Shown here piece after piece: positions 12,250-24,100 of a stretch of DNA of 64,000 bases. The translations under genes were made by a program, and so were the position numbers. Source of the DNA: Thecamonas trahens ATCC 50062 (taxonomy: Eukaryota > Protista > Apusomonadida); the NCBI RefSeq assembly GCF_000142905.1, contig NW_013657616.1:1-64000 (forward strand), given 5' to 3'. Each line of letters starts with the position of its first letter. Position 1 is the first letter of the stretch. The notes under the pieces were generated by a model. The model worked only from the letters and a program-made list of their open reading frames with translations, was not told the origin of the DNA and ran no database searches.

Positions 12250-13320
12250 ATGGCCACCACACGGTTTGCCACCGAGCTAGCCCGGGCAAACATCCGCGAG
12301 AGTGTGCAAGCTGCACTTGCGTCATCGCCTATGGACGCAGAGCATGTTGTCCGTGCTGTGGCCTGTGGCGAGACCGAGCGCCTTGTCCGTCTCACCGATG
12401 CCGTGCCTGCCGAGCTCACCGCCGCCGCCGCCGCCGCCTCGCGGGTCGTCTTCCCGGATCGGGCTCGGCGGACGAGTGTACTGGCGCTGTGGAAGGCGAC
12501 ACAGGTCGTGCGCATCCCCACGGGCCTCCCTGGCCTCGACCATGTCCTCGGCGGTGGCCTCCCACCCGGCATGGTCACCGAGCTCGTCGGCCTGCCCGGC
12601 GCCGGCAAGACCCAGATGTGCATGGGCCTGGTGCTCGAGGCCCACGCCCTCGCTGCCAAGCATGCCCTCCATGCCGAGCTGGCCGCAAGTCAGTCGTCGA
12701 CCCAGGCCCACCCAGCCGCTGCTGCAGCTGCCGCCGGTGGCAAGACGGTGTACATTGATGCCGAGGCGGCGTTCTCGGCCTTTCGGCTGGTGGAGATGGC
12801 TCGGTTCCGATACCCAGAGGTGTACGCAGGCAACGACGAGGCGCTGCGCTCGCTGACAGAGTCGGTTCTGGTGTACTCGGTGGCTACCTCTGCGGAGCTT
12901 GTGGAGCTGCTGGCCTCGCTGGAGGAGACCGTCATTGCTGAGAGCGTGGGTCTGGTGGTGGTCGATTCGGTCGCGGCCCTCGCCCGCAACGAGTTTGATC
13001 GCGCCTCGCTCCCACAGCGACAGTCGCGGCTCTCCAAGCAAGCATCGCTGCTCAAATGGCTGGCGTCAGTCTTTTCCATTCCGGTCGTCGTCACCAACCA
13101 CGTCTCCAAGCACATTGCGTCGACGACCGACGTTGTGCCGGCGCTCGGCAACACATGGTCGCACGCCGTCAACATCCGCCTCGTCCTCGCTGCTCTCTCT
13201 GACACAACCTCGCAACTCTCCGTAGTCAAGTCGCCGTCGGCGCCGCCCGGTCTTGCCTCCTGCTACGCCATCGGCAAGGCCGGCGTGTACCCGGTCACGG
13301 CCGAGTCGGGCCCGGGCTAA
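12250..13320 (+). CDS. RAD51B: RAD51 paralog B
   Basis: Walker A GLPGAGKT and Walker B LVVVDS, plus RAD51B-like segments VYIDAEAAFSAFRLVEMARFRYP and ALGNTWSHAVNIRLVL. Confidence 0.88.
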   Translation: MATTRFATELARANIRESVQAALASSPMDAEHVVRAVACGETERLVRLTDAVPAELTAAAAAASRVVFPDRARRTSVLALWKATQVVRIPTGLPGLDHVLGGGLPPGMVTELVGLPGAGKTQMCMGLVLEAHALAAKHALHAELAASQSSTQAHPAAAAAAAGGKTVYIDAEAAFSAFRLVEMARFRYPEVYAGNDEALRSLTESVLVYSVATSAELVELLASLEETVIAESVGLVVVDSVAALARNEFDRASLPQRQSRLSKQASLLKWLASVFSIPVVVTNHVSKHIASTTDVVPALGNTWSHAVNIRLVLAALSDTTSQLSVVKSPSAPPGLASCYAIGKAGVYPVTAESGPG

Positions 13321-13327
13321 CGGCAGC

Positions 13328-14988
13328 TCAATGCCGCGCCCGCGCATGCGCCGTCGCCAGCGCTGTCCGCTGCGCGTCGAGCGCCCGACGAAGAGCACGC
13401 AAGCCATCGAGATGGGCTTCCGTCGTGGCCAGTCGCGCCTTGAGTGCGGCCCGGCTGGTTCGCGGCGGTGCTGCCTGCTGCCGCGCCCGCGCCTGCAGCC
13501 GCGCCTCCATCAGCACCGCCGCCATGCGAGTCGTTTGCATGTCGCGCCGCGAGCGGACCGCCTCGGCCATCGACTCGAGTGTCGTCGCCATGGCCCGCCG
13601 CTGCGATACAGCCGTTGGTGGTCGGTACGGCCCCTCGAGCCGCGACGCCGCGTCCGGCCCCAGCGGCAGGTTGGTGTTGTCTGGACCAAGCATCAGTGGC
13701 ACTCTCGCCAGTAGCTGGCCAGGCATGCCTGGATGTGTAGCTGGCTTGGCGGCGGCGGCGCGCTACCGGACGCATGCAGCCTCTCGGCAAGGTGTGATGT
13801 GTACGCTTCCAGCGCATACGTCCGGTGCATCGACCGCTCGAGGTCGTCGTGCATCCGCACAATGAGCCGCTTCATCTCTACGACGTCGGCGGCGTCCACC
13901 GCCACCGACCCGAGGCTCGCCTCCATGCCATGCCCAGACGTGCGCGACATCATCGACTCTGTAAAATGGAACGGCGACGGTGCTGCGTCTGCAATCGGCG
14001 ATGCTGTCGGCGACGTTTGCTGCCTGGGCCGTGTGCGACGGCGGCGGCGGCGACCTTGTGACGGCAGAGTTGGCGGTGACGTTGGCGACGCCGGCAAACT
14101 ATCCGACTCGGTGAACTCAGTGTGCTCCTCGACCTGGTCCGCCTCGGCGCCTACCTTCCCCTCCCCTGCCTCCACTGTCTCCGCCTCATCACCTCCTACC
14201 ATCGACATTTGAGCGGGCGGCTCCTCGTGGTCGCCCACAACGTACTCGACAGCGAGCCGCGGCGCCAGCTCCGGGTGCAGGTCGCGGATGGTGCGGATGC
14301 CGGCAGCCGTCTCCGGCGTGACCAGACCAAGATCAGCATCAGGCCCGAGCGCCTCGGAGATGCGAGCCCACTCGGCAAGCTTTGCCCTCGAGACCGAGAC
14401 CGATCGCCAAGCCGGTATGCCCTCGACCCACTGATCGCGGACCAACGGCGAGGCAAAGGCAAGCAGCAGCGGCGAGTCTATGGGCAACAGGTCTGCATGC
14501 TCCCCGCTGAGCGCAAAATGCACTTCCAGCGCTCGTGCTCTCAGCTCAAGCCCATGCAGCTCATTGATCGAGTCAGCCACGGGCACAACTCGTGAGACGT
14601 CATCGAGCGGAAGCGACAGGAACGGCAGAGGAGCTTCAAAGGCTGCAAACAGCTTGAGCACCCGGCCTTTGACGACAGCATAGACCTCGACCCACTTTGC
14701 CTTGATCTTGGACTTTTTCTTCCATAACTTGCCCCTGCCCTTGCCCCTGCCCTTGCCCTTGCTCCCGCCTGCTGTCCGTTGCCACCGGGCTGCCGACTCG
14801 AGCCCGCCCACATCGACGTACGCCCGGACGTGGGCTTGGAGACGCCGTGGCTGCGAGTGAAGGAAGGTGTGTGAGAAAGTATCTGACATGCGCGTGCGAT
14901 ATGTATGCACATTGTGTGTACATAAGAGTGTGTGTGGCTAGGTCATGGGAATGCTCAGGGGGGTACGTACTCGATGGCCGCCGCCCAT
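13328..14988 (-). CDS. PH-domain protein with C-terminal coiled coils
   Basis: Putative exon 14988-14971 and a GTACGT..CAG intron at 14970-14851. PH-like segment KWVEVYAVVKGRVLKLF...LLLAFASPLVRDQWVEGI. ORFs 13693-14910 and 13328-13726 probably join by a frameshift near 13746. Confidence 0.6.
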
Positions 14989-15138
14989 GACAGTAAGCGT
15001 GGGTGGCGAGTCAGGTGCGGGGCGCGGCGGCGGGGCGGCGGGGCGGCGGCGGCGGCGCTGCGGGGTCACCCCGGGTATGATGCTGGGCGCCAAGCTCGAC
15101 AGCAGCAAAGACTGATCATGCGCATGTCACAATCACAG

Positions 15139-16485
15139 TCACAAGGCATCCCAGTCCGAGTCGTCCGAGTCGACGTCCTCGGGTGCCCAGCCGAGGCGGG
15201 CGAGGTCGTCAGGCGCGTCGGGCGAGGGCGGCGGGACGGCCCAGAGGAGAACGGCGCCTGCGGTGGAAGCCGAGACGAGGATGTGATTAAAGGCAAGGGT
15301 GGTGAGGCCAGTGATGGTGGCAAAGTGTGCGCTGAGCGTGTCGATGTGCTCGCCGGTGGAGGTCTCAAACACGCCGATGCCGTGGCGGGCGACCGGGTAG
15401 TACAGCACGTCGTCGCCCGGCGAGAGCGCGAGCGTCCCGGGAACCGAGTTGAGGGTCAACGAGCCGCCAAAGGTGCCAAAGTTGAGCAGCGTGTTGGCGC
15501 CCGAGGCCATGTCCCACTGCCGGATGGCGCCATCGCGGCCGGCCGAGTACAGACAGGCACCATTGCTGGCCATGACAAGCGACGAGACGCCGTGATGGTG
15601 GGCGAGGCCGGCGACGTAGCCGGGCGGCAGATCGAGAGGCCCGGCGCTTCCGCTCTCTGACGTCAGCGCCAAGTCGAGGGTCATGAGCCGACCAGCCCGT
15701 CGGATGTCGTAGATGCAGATGCTGCCGTCGGCCGAGCCCGAGACCAGGACCGACGCGTCGCCGGATCCAAAGGCGAGCGAGGTGACCACGTCCGCGTGGT
15801 TCGGCATTGAGTGGGTAAAGCCACCGGATCGGAGATCAATGAGCCGAACCTCGCCAGTGCCCGAGCCGACCGCCACCAGCGGCGCCGCCGCCGAGCAATC
15901 TGGCAGTGCAAGCGAGTGTGCCGCCGAGCCCGAGCCGAGCCGGAACTGGGTGGCGACGACCATGTTGGCTGTGTCAAACAGGGCGACTTCGCCCTTGGCG
16001 TCTGCCGAGAGAAACATGCCTGCATCCCGCGGATAAAACTTGACATCAAGCAGCGGTGCTCTCGCCCGTGCTCTCCCCACAACCACCGGCTTCTCCGGCT
16101 CGCCATCGACCGCCACCAGCTCGAGGCCGCCAGTCCTTGCCGCCACCAGCACCATTGCCGTCTCATTGTGACCATCGATGGCCACCGTGCTCTTCTGCCC
16201 GAGCCCTCCTCCTCCTCCTCCTCCTCCTCCTCCCCTCCGCCTTTCCGTCCGGCCACCCATCCCCCGACCTGTGCCCTGCACTCTCTGATCGCGACCTCGG
16301 CTAGGCCCGCCGCCGCCACCACCACCTCCCCCGCCGCCTCCGCTGCCGCTGCCACTCCGCCTTGTCTTGTCGTCCCACTTGGTCTCCACCAGCGCCAGCT
16401 CTCGCCACACCGCACCTTCCATCACCTTGCGCAGCTGCCGAGCACCCACTCTGCCCGACCATGCCACCTTGACCACATCCTCCAT
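15139..16485 (-). CDS. ERCC8: Cockayne syndrome A WD40 protein (CSA)
   Basis: VKFYPRDAGMFLS, VRLIDLRSGGFTHSM and VSGSADGSICIYDIRRAGRLMTLD match CSA. Acidic Trp-containing C-terminus. Confidence 0.85.
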   Translation of the reverse strand: MEDVVKVAWSGRVGARQLRKVMEGAVWRELALVETKWDDKTRRSGSGSGGGGGGGGGGGGPSRGRDQRVQGTGRGMGGRTERRRGGGGGGGGGGLGQKSTVAIDGHNETAMVLVAARTGGLELVAVDGEPEKPVVVGRARARAPLLDVKFYPRDAGMFLSADAKGEVALFDTANMVVATQFRLGSGSAAHSLALPDCSAAAPLVAVGSGTGEVRLIDLRSGGFTHSMPNHADVVTSLAFGSGDASVLVSGSADGSICIYDIRRAGRLMTLDLALTSESGSAGPLDLPPGYVAGLAHHHGVSSLVMASNGACLYSAGRDGAIRQWDMASGANTLLNFGTFGGSLTLNSVPGTLALSPGDDVLYYPVARHGIGVFETSTGEHIDTLSAHFATITGLTTLAFNHILVSASTAGAVLLWAVPPPSPDAPDDLARLGWAPEDVDSDDSDWDAL

Positions 16486-16665
16486 TCCCTGCAGAGGAGT
16501 GCAGCAGTGTCGGGGCAGGGGGGGGGGGGGGGGGGGGGGGGGGCAGCAGCCGAGTCGCATTGGCTCGCGGTTTGGTGGTGGTTGGGAGGGGAGGGCGCAA
16601 GGCGGGCGATGGCGGCGTGTACGATGTGCATGGTATGATACAGCTGGCTGGCTGGGGCTGGGGCA

Positions 16666-18066
16666 TCATTCGAGTGGCGGCACATCGGGGTTGTCGACAA
16701 AGTCCGCCGAGACCGGCTTGGGGCCCTTGCGGCGGCGGCCGGCGGAGGAGCCCGCGGCTGCGGCTGACGACGAGGCGCCATGCTCGGCAATGTCGGCGGC
16801 GGCGTGGTCGGTGACATGGAGCGAGACTGGGCCGGCGAGGCCTGTACCTGCGAGGACAGTGTCGATCGAGTCTGTTGCGCCGTCGGAGCCGTCCGAGTGC
16901 TCGTCCTCGTAGAGGTCGAGGTCGGTGGCGGTGCCTGCGGCGATGCGGGCGGCGCGTGCTGCGCGGCGCTTGGCTGCTGCGCGGGCCGAGACGCGCGATT
17001 TGGCGTGGTGCATGGGGATAATGGCCGCAGTGCGGCCTGCGGCGTCGTGGTCGCCGTGTGAGAGGCGCGAGAGTGAGATGCGGGCGAGCCTGGCATCGAT
17101 GGCGGCCGACGAGGCCGCGCCAGGCGCGGTGGCGGCGAGCACCTTGGGGGCCCACGGCATGGTGACGACGAGGTTTCCGGTCGCCTGTGACCGCTGCGCG
17201 ACAACTTTGTCAGACTGAACCTCTACATCAAGCGCGAGCTGGAGGACCTTGCCCTTGATGGTGACTCGGATGTAGTCGGGCTGGACGTCGACGTCGATGA
17301 GCGAGGTGTCGAGGAACTTGGAGATGCGGACTTCGAGGACTGAGGCGAGGGCCTCGTCGTCGTCGACGAGCTTGAATGCATACTTTCCCCAGTTGCATTG
17401 GTACACGCGGCCGTCGTCCTTGTAGATGGGCACCACGCGGTCGGGCTTCTTCTCGATGGGGAACGGATTGCGCGCCGCCTCCTTCTCGGCCTTCTCGGCC
17501 TCGACCTCTGCGTAGATCTCCTCGCGCTCGTCGGGGGTGAGCTCCTTGAGCTCGCCCGCAGCGCGGGCGGCGAGCCTCTCGGCATAGGCCTGCGCCACGG
17601 CGGCGGCCGCCTCGTCGGCCTGCTGTGCGGCGAGAATGACCTCTTCGCGTGAGACATCGGTACCGTCGAGGCTCTCGAGGCGAGGCAGGACGGAGAGGAC
17701 GTACTCGCGGTACATGGGGTACTTTGCCACCGGGTTGCCGACGAGGAACAGATGGCGCAGCTGCTCGTTAGCGGTGAGGACAGCAATGCACGTCGGGTCT
17801 TCCACAAAGTTACACGTCAGATCGAGCTTGTACAGTGACTCGCAGCCCTCAAGGTTCTCGATGACCGAAACGTTGTTGAGCGAGAGCTGCAAATACCGCA
17901 GTGCGCGCAGCCTGCTAAGGTTCTCAATCTTCCGGATCACATTGTTCTGCAAGTACAAGATCTCTAGCTCGCGACAAACGTTGTCGATGAGCTGCACACC
18001 CTCGCCACAGACACACACATACACATGCGCGCGTGCGCGCGCGCTCTCTCCCTCTCTCGCTGTGAG

Positions 18067-18121
<55 letters not shown>

Positions 18122-18293
18122 CATACACACACATACACACGTGTGCGCGCCACCCAATCGCCCAATCGCCACGCGCACATACCTCGATCTTCTTGATCTC
18201 AAACTGATGGAGGGTGATCTCCTTGAGTGTGGAGAGGACCTTGTCATTGTGCTCGGAGCGCTTGCGGAGGAGTTCCAGGGTGATGCGGGTCAT
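16666..18293 (-). CDS. LRRC6: Dynein axonemal assembly factor LRRC6/DNAAF11 (LRR + CS-like domain)
   Basis: Exon 1 is 18293-18183 (MTRITLELLRKRSEHND..LHQFEIKKIE), then a GTATGT..CAG intron at 18182-17992. Exon 2 has ILYLQNNVIRKIENL and KFLDTSLIDVDVQPDYIRVTIKGKVLQL. Confidence 0.95.
18068..18140. repeat. (CA)n microsatellite in the LRRC6 intron; similar (CA)n/(TA)n tract at about 18487-18550
   Basis: Directly visible. Confidence 0.9.
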
Positions 18294-18485
18294 GACTCAC
18301 ACCGACACACTACACAGCAGAGAAGAGAGAGCAGTAAGGGGAGGTACACACTCGGTGTGTTTGCGGTTCTTGTCCCGGAACAGTCTCTGAGCAAAGTGTA
18401 TCCGTCTCCCGACTGACTGAGGGGCGGCGACTTGGGCGCCAAGTTGAGTCGATTCCGACCTCAGCCGACCAAGCCCGATCCGACC

Positions 18486-18545
<60 letters not shown>

Positions 18546-18916
18546 CACACACATACATACATACATGTACATACATATACTTGCACTCAAGCGTATGAGT
18601 GCACATCCATCGGTCTGCTCATCTCATGCCACATCGCCGCACACTCGCTCAAAGGCACATCGGACCATGCAGAGTCATACGATCACCCCTCCCTATTCCG
18701 ATCACCCCTCCCCCCCCACCCACCCTCATCCTCCCTTCATCCATCCCCCTGCCCTCAATACCATCACCATCGCACCGCCACATCGACCGCCACATCGCAC
18801 CGCCACATCGGCTGTCAAAGCAAACGACTGGCGCAAAGCCACAGGTGCCAACCAACGGCAGCCGAGCCACCACCACCATCACCACCACCACCACCACTCT
18901 ACTACTTTCCCTTCCA

Positions 18917-19448
18917 ATGGCTTCCCAACCCCACTACGTCGCCAGTCTTCTCCGCGAGCGCTGCTGCCTCACCTGCAACCCGTCGTCGTACGCTGTCTCC
19001 GCCCCCCCCCCCCCCCTCCCACCTCGTCCGCCCGTCCAGCCGCCTTGCCCTTTCTTACCCGCACTCACCATGACCCCCACACATACACAGCATACTGCAG
19101 CGACTGCTTCATGGTGCCCGCGGCAAAGGCGAAGAAGAGGACAAGATGCGGCGGTACAAGCGGAACTGTGCGGTAGGATGCGACATTGCGTCGCGGATCG
19201 ATGAGGTGGTTGATGCCGAGGCGCGGGCAAAGATGGCCAAGTGGGGTGATCCTTCTGATGATGGCTACGTCTTCTCTGGTGATGATGTTGACAAGGCTGA
19301 GGAAGAGCTCTCCAAGTGGCTCCGTGTCCTCCGCTCGGCCTGCTATGATGAGTGCCACAAGGCATGTGAAGCCTCGGAGGAGGCAACCAACAAGTGCACC
19401 CGTGCCTGCTCTGCCGGCTGCGACAACTTCTTCAACGATCTCAAGTAA
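18917..19448 (+). CDS. Small Cys-rich hypothetical protein (about 142 aa, 2 exons)
   Basis: ATG at 18917. A GTACGC..CAG intron at 18988-19090 splices in frame to ORF 19146-19448. Motifs CCLTC, CAVGC, CYDECHKAC and CTRACSAGC. Confidence 0.65.
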
Positions 19449-19455
19449 GACTCGC

Positions 19456-19514
19456 CGCCATGTACCCGCCATGTACCCGCCATGTACCCGCCATGTACCT
19501 GCCGTGTACCCGCC
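19456..19514. repeat. 11-bp tandem repeat (cgccatgtacc) x5
   Basis: Directly visible, starting about 8 bp after the stop at 19448. Confidence 0.9.
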
Positions 19515-19813
19515 CCTGCATCCGCCTCACTCCGCCCTTTGCCCACATCGGGTCAATACCCCGCCGCCCATCGCAACCACTGTCTACCCGCATCAGCCAA
19601 CCACCCCGCCTCACCGCCCATCACAACACACCACGCCCTCTCCCTAATCCCATACACTCCACCCATACACTGTGCCATACATATCGTATCACCCCTCCCC
19701 CCCCCCCCCCCCCCGCCCCCCCGTCCTCCCAACACCTCGTCGAACAACACCCCTCTCCCCACCACCACCACCACCACCCACCCCCACCACACACACACAT
19801 ACATACATACACC

Positions 19814-20911
19814 ATGGCAGACGACGACACCCTCCCGGCAACCATCACCATTGCGTTCAAGTACAAGAAGGAGACCTTTACGCTGAGCTTTGAGCCGACA
19901 GACTCGGTCCTTGCCGTCAAGACGCACCTGTTCACACACCTCCACATCCATCCGCACCGGCAGAAGCTCATCGGCCTGCGCCATGCCGAGACCAAAAAGA
20001 TGCCTCAGGACGAGGACTTGCTAGAGGACTTGGTTTTCAAGGCCACAAAGGGCGGCCACAAGGTGTTTGTCTCTGGCACGCCTGACGACGACCTCTTTGT
20101 CGATCCCGTCGATCTCGACGCCGACGACTTGCCCAACGTCGTCAACGACCTCGACTTTGACTACTTTCCCTCGGCAGAGACCTCTTCATCGCTCGCCGAC
20201 TCGCCCGAGGTCCAGGCCAAGCTCGACAAGGCCATCGCCGATGTCGACATCCGTATCCTCAATCCGCCGCGCGAGGGCAAGAAGCTGCTTGTCCTCGACC
20301 TCGACTACACCCTCTTCGACATGAAGAGCACCGCAGAGTCCATCAACGAGCTCAAGCGCCCGTTCCTCGAGGAGTTTATGACTCTCGCCTACCAGCACTA
20401 CGACATTGTCATCTGGTCCCAAACAAAGTGGACCTACCTCGAGATGAAGCTCACCGATCTCGGCCTCCTCACCTCGGACGCCTTCAAGCTCATGTTTGTC
20501 CTTGACATCTCATGCATGTTCTCCGTCCGCTCCATGTACAAGGGCAAGCCGCGGACTCACCAGGTCAAGGCCCTGCCCATCATCTGGGCCCACTTTCCCG
20601 ACCGCTTCGGCCCGCACAACACCGTCCACATCGACGACGTCTCCCGCAACTTTGCCGTCAACCCACAGCAGGGCCTCAAGATCAAGGCCTTTAAGCGTGC
20701 CGCTGTCAACCGCGCCACAGACCGTGAGCTCTTCCGTCTCTCCGCCTACCTCATCCACCTCGCTACCTCGGTCCCGGACTTTCGCTCGCTTGACCATGCC
20801 CGCTGGAAAAAGGTGGTCAAGAAGATCATCACCTCGGCCTCGGTCACCAATCCCGCCGGGGCCTCGTCGTCGTCCTCCTCCTCCAACCCCGACCCCAATT
20901 CCACCTCGTGA
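19814..20911 (+). CDS. UBLCP1: Ubiquitin-like domain-containing CTD phosphatase 1
   Basis: N-terminal UBL (HPHRQKLIGL), NPPREGKKLLVLDLDYTLFD with the DxDxT HAD motif, and DDVSRNFAVNPQQGLKIKAF. Confidence 0.95.
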   Translation: MADDDTLPATITIAFKYKKETFTLSFEPTDSVLAVKTHLFTHLHIHPHRQKLIGLRHAETKKMPQDEDLLEDLVFKATKGGHKVFVSGTPDDDLFVDPVDLDADDLPNVVNDLDFDYFPSAETSSSLADSPEVQAKLDKAIADVDIRILNPPREGKKLLVLDLDYTLFDMKSTAESINELKRPFLEEFMTLAYQHYDIVIWSQTKWTYLEMKLTDLGLLTSDAFKLMFVLDISCMFSVRSMYKGKPRTHQVKALPIIWAHFPDRFGPHNTVHIDDVSRNFAVNPQQGLKIKAFKRAAVNRATDRELFRLSAYLIHLATSVPDFRSLDHARWKKVVKKIITSASVTNPAGASSSSSSSNPDPNSTS

Positions 20912-21111
20912 TCGTACAACTTTGCCCCGCCCCCACATGCCCGCCTCACATGCCCTCGTCAGCCTTGGTGCTACGGTAAACTCACGGCTCATCCTCTAAA
21001 AATATTGGTTGGCCGTCCCCAGTCTCGACACCCGCAAACGTTCCCTGACCCGCACTCCCCTGTCCATTCACCCTCCACCACTCATCGCCACCTCACCCAG
21101 AGCGTCGCACC

Positions 21112-24100
21112 ATGACCCTGATGCGGCTCCTGTCCCTCACTCTGCTGGCAGCACTCACTCTCCCTGCCACAGACTGTCAGGAGACGTACGGCGAGCCCAC
21201 GCTCCGCTTCTTCACCTTCTCCTCGTCCGAGTCGCAGTTTACCTACGTCGCCCTCTCGACTGTCAATGATTACAACAACCATGTCAACCGCACCAACGCC
21301 GTTGAACTCTATCGCTTCGAGCACACGGACATCCTTGATCGATCAGTCTACAAGCGCTGGTTAGACACCCTTGGTGCTCCGGATCTCCTTCCGCTCTACA
21401 CTGGCCCACGTGCGAGAGAGTTTCTCGACGCAGGCAAAATGTCCGACCTGAGCGATGTGTGGGACGAGACCGGCCTCCACGGTGACGTCCTCCCACTCGC
21501 AGACGCTCTCGTTTCGGGCCAGGCCGGGGAAAAGTTCGGCATTCCGCTCCTTGCTACAGGCTCTATGTGCATGTACCGCAAGTCCGTCTTTCGCACCATC
21601 GGCGTCTCCACCCCACCGCAGACCTGGGACGAGCTCCTCGCCCTCTGCCAGGCCTTTGCCGACGTCGGCATCCCCTGCCTCGGCAACGACCTCGCCACTC
21701 TTCCGCCGACTCAGTACTTTGACTCGCTCGCCATTCGCATGCACGGTAACGAGTTTTACGCAAACTTTACCGATGCCGGTATCTCCTTCACAGACCCACG
21801 CGTGCTCGCCGTCTTTGACGAGCTTATTCCGCTCGTCGGCAAGGGCTACTTTGCTCGCACTCCCTCGCCAAGCCCGGGCCTCGATCGCGTTCTCGTCGAC
21901 ATCTCTGCTCTCGCACTTGATCGCGCTGCTGTCATCTGCGGTCTCGAGTCGGTCTCGCCCGTTCTCCTCGCCATGGGCATTCCTAACGACGACATCTCCG
22001 TCTTTGCTTTTCCGGTCGTTGACCGTGCGAGTCACCCACCGCCACTGCCGGGCCAGACACAGACACTTCGGCCTTACTCGGCATCGTCGGCATCGTCGGC
22101 CTCCCCACCAATGCCGCCCATCCACACGAGGCTCGAGACTTTCTACGCCTCGTTGCTCGCGCGTCTTCGATGGCCCGCCATCTCGCCAACTCACCTGGCA
22201 TCGTCCCACTCCGCACCTCGCTTGGCGCCCATCTCACCAGCAACCGCTCGCGCCTTGTCTACAACGCCCTCTCCTCCACTCCCATTCTGTATCAGCGGAG
22301 TGGTCTGGCCGGCTTTGGCTTTACCTCCATTTTTGCCGGCTGGTCCTCCCTCATCCTTCGCATCTTCTCCGCCGCAAACAATGCCGAGGCCTACGCTGTC
22401 CTCGACGCCAGCCTTCCCGAGCTCGAGGCGCTCCGGGTCCGACTCGTTCTCGGTCAAGCCGCACAGCCCGAGTTCTCGCCCCGATCGGGTGCTTTTGCTT
22501 CAGCTGTCACGCTCACGCTCTCCTCGCCCGAGGAAGGTGCCGTCATCTACTTTACCCTCGATGGCTCGGAGCCGTCGTTCACTTCGTCTGTCTACTCTGA
22601 GCCCATCCGCATCGCCACCTCGGACACCGTCACCGTCCGCGCTACTGCCGCCGTCCAGGGCCTCTCGCTCGCTACCCCGGCTTCTGCCACCTACGTCGTC
22701 AACATCCCGCCGGCCACAGACTCGGGCTCAGTCCGCCTCTCGCTCCTGCTCGCCATCGTCATCCCGGTCACTCTCGTTTGCTGCGGCATCTGCGCCGCTG
22801 TCGGCTACGTCATCTACCGTCGCAAGTCGGTCACCTACACCCTCGTCTCGGACGCCGAGCTCGTCATCCCGCCCGAGAACCTCCGCGTCCTCCACGTCGT
22901 CGGCCGCGGCTCGTACGGCACCGTCTACGCCGGGACATGGCGCGCCACGAGCGTGGCCATCAAGCGCATGCATGCCAAGGTGCTCGGCCCACGCGAGCTC
23001 TCCGAGTTTGTGGACGAGGCCCACACGCTGCACCTCCTCCGCCACCCGAACATTGTCATCTTTATGGGTGTCACGCTCGAGCCGCCGGCCATTGTGACCG
23101 AGTTTATGGATCGCGGCTCGATGTACGAGGTCCTCCACACGGCCGAGTTGTTCCTCGACCCGTCGATGGTCTTCAAGTGGCGCACAACATCGCACAGGGA
23201 CTGCAGTACCTCTCGCATGCCGGGATTGTANNNNNNNNNNNNNNNNNNNNNNNNNNNNNNNNNNNNNNNNNNNNNNNNNNNNNNNNNNNNNNNNNNNNNN
23301 NNNNNNNNNNNNNNNNNNNNNNNNNNNNNNATCGCCACCTCGGACACCGTCACCGTCCGCGCTACTGCCGCCGTCCAGGGCCTCTCGCTCGCTACCCCGG
23401 CTTCTGCCACCTACGTCGTCAACATCCCGCCGGCCACAGACTCGGGCTCAGTCCGCCTCTCGCTCCTGCTCGCCATCGTCATCCCGGTCACTCTCGTTTG
23501 CTGCGGCATCTGCGCCGCTGTCGGCTACGTCATCTACCGTCGCAAGTCGGTCACCTACACCCTCGTCTCGGACGCCGAGCTCGTCATCCCGCCCGAGAAC
23601 CTCCACGTCCTCCACGTCGTCGGTCGCGGCTCGTACGGCACCGTCTACGCCGGGACATGGCGCGCCACGAGCGTGGCCATCAAACGCATGCATGCCAAGG
23701 TGCTCGGCCCACGCGAGCTCTCCGAGTTTGTGGACGAGGCCCACACGCTGCACCTCCTCCGCCACCCGAACATTGTCATCTTTATGGGCGTCACGCTCGA
23801 GCCGCCGGCCATTGTGACCGAGTTTATGGATCGCGGCTCGATGTACGAGATTCTCCACGCACCGGACCTCGCCATCGACAACTCGATCGCTCTCAAGTGG
23901 GCGCACAACATCGCACAGGGACTGCAGTACCTCTCGCATGCCGGGATTGTACACGGCGACTTTAAGTCGCTCAACGTGCTCTTTGACTCGTCGTGGGTGC
24001 CCAAGATCTGCGACTTTGGCATGGCGTCGGTCAAGAAAGGCAACACTATTGTTGCCGACGGCAAGCTTGTGGCCAAGGGCCGGGCCATCAAGCACACTGA

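Noticed and set aside
12250-16485. DNA-repair cluster (RAD51B near ERCC8)
   Set aside because: Only two genes from different pathways, separated by an unrelated gene; consistent with chance.
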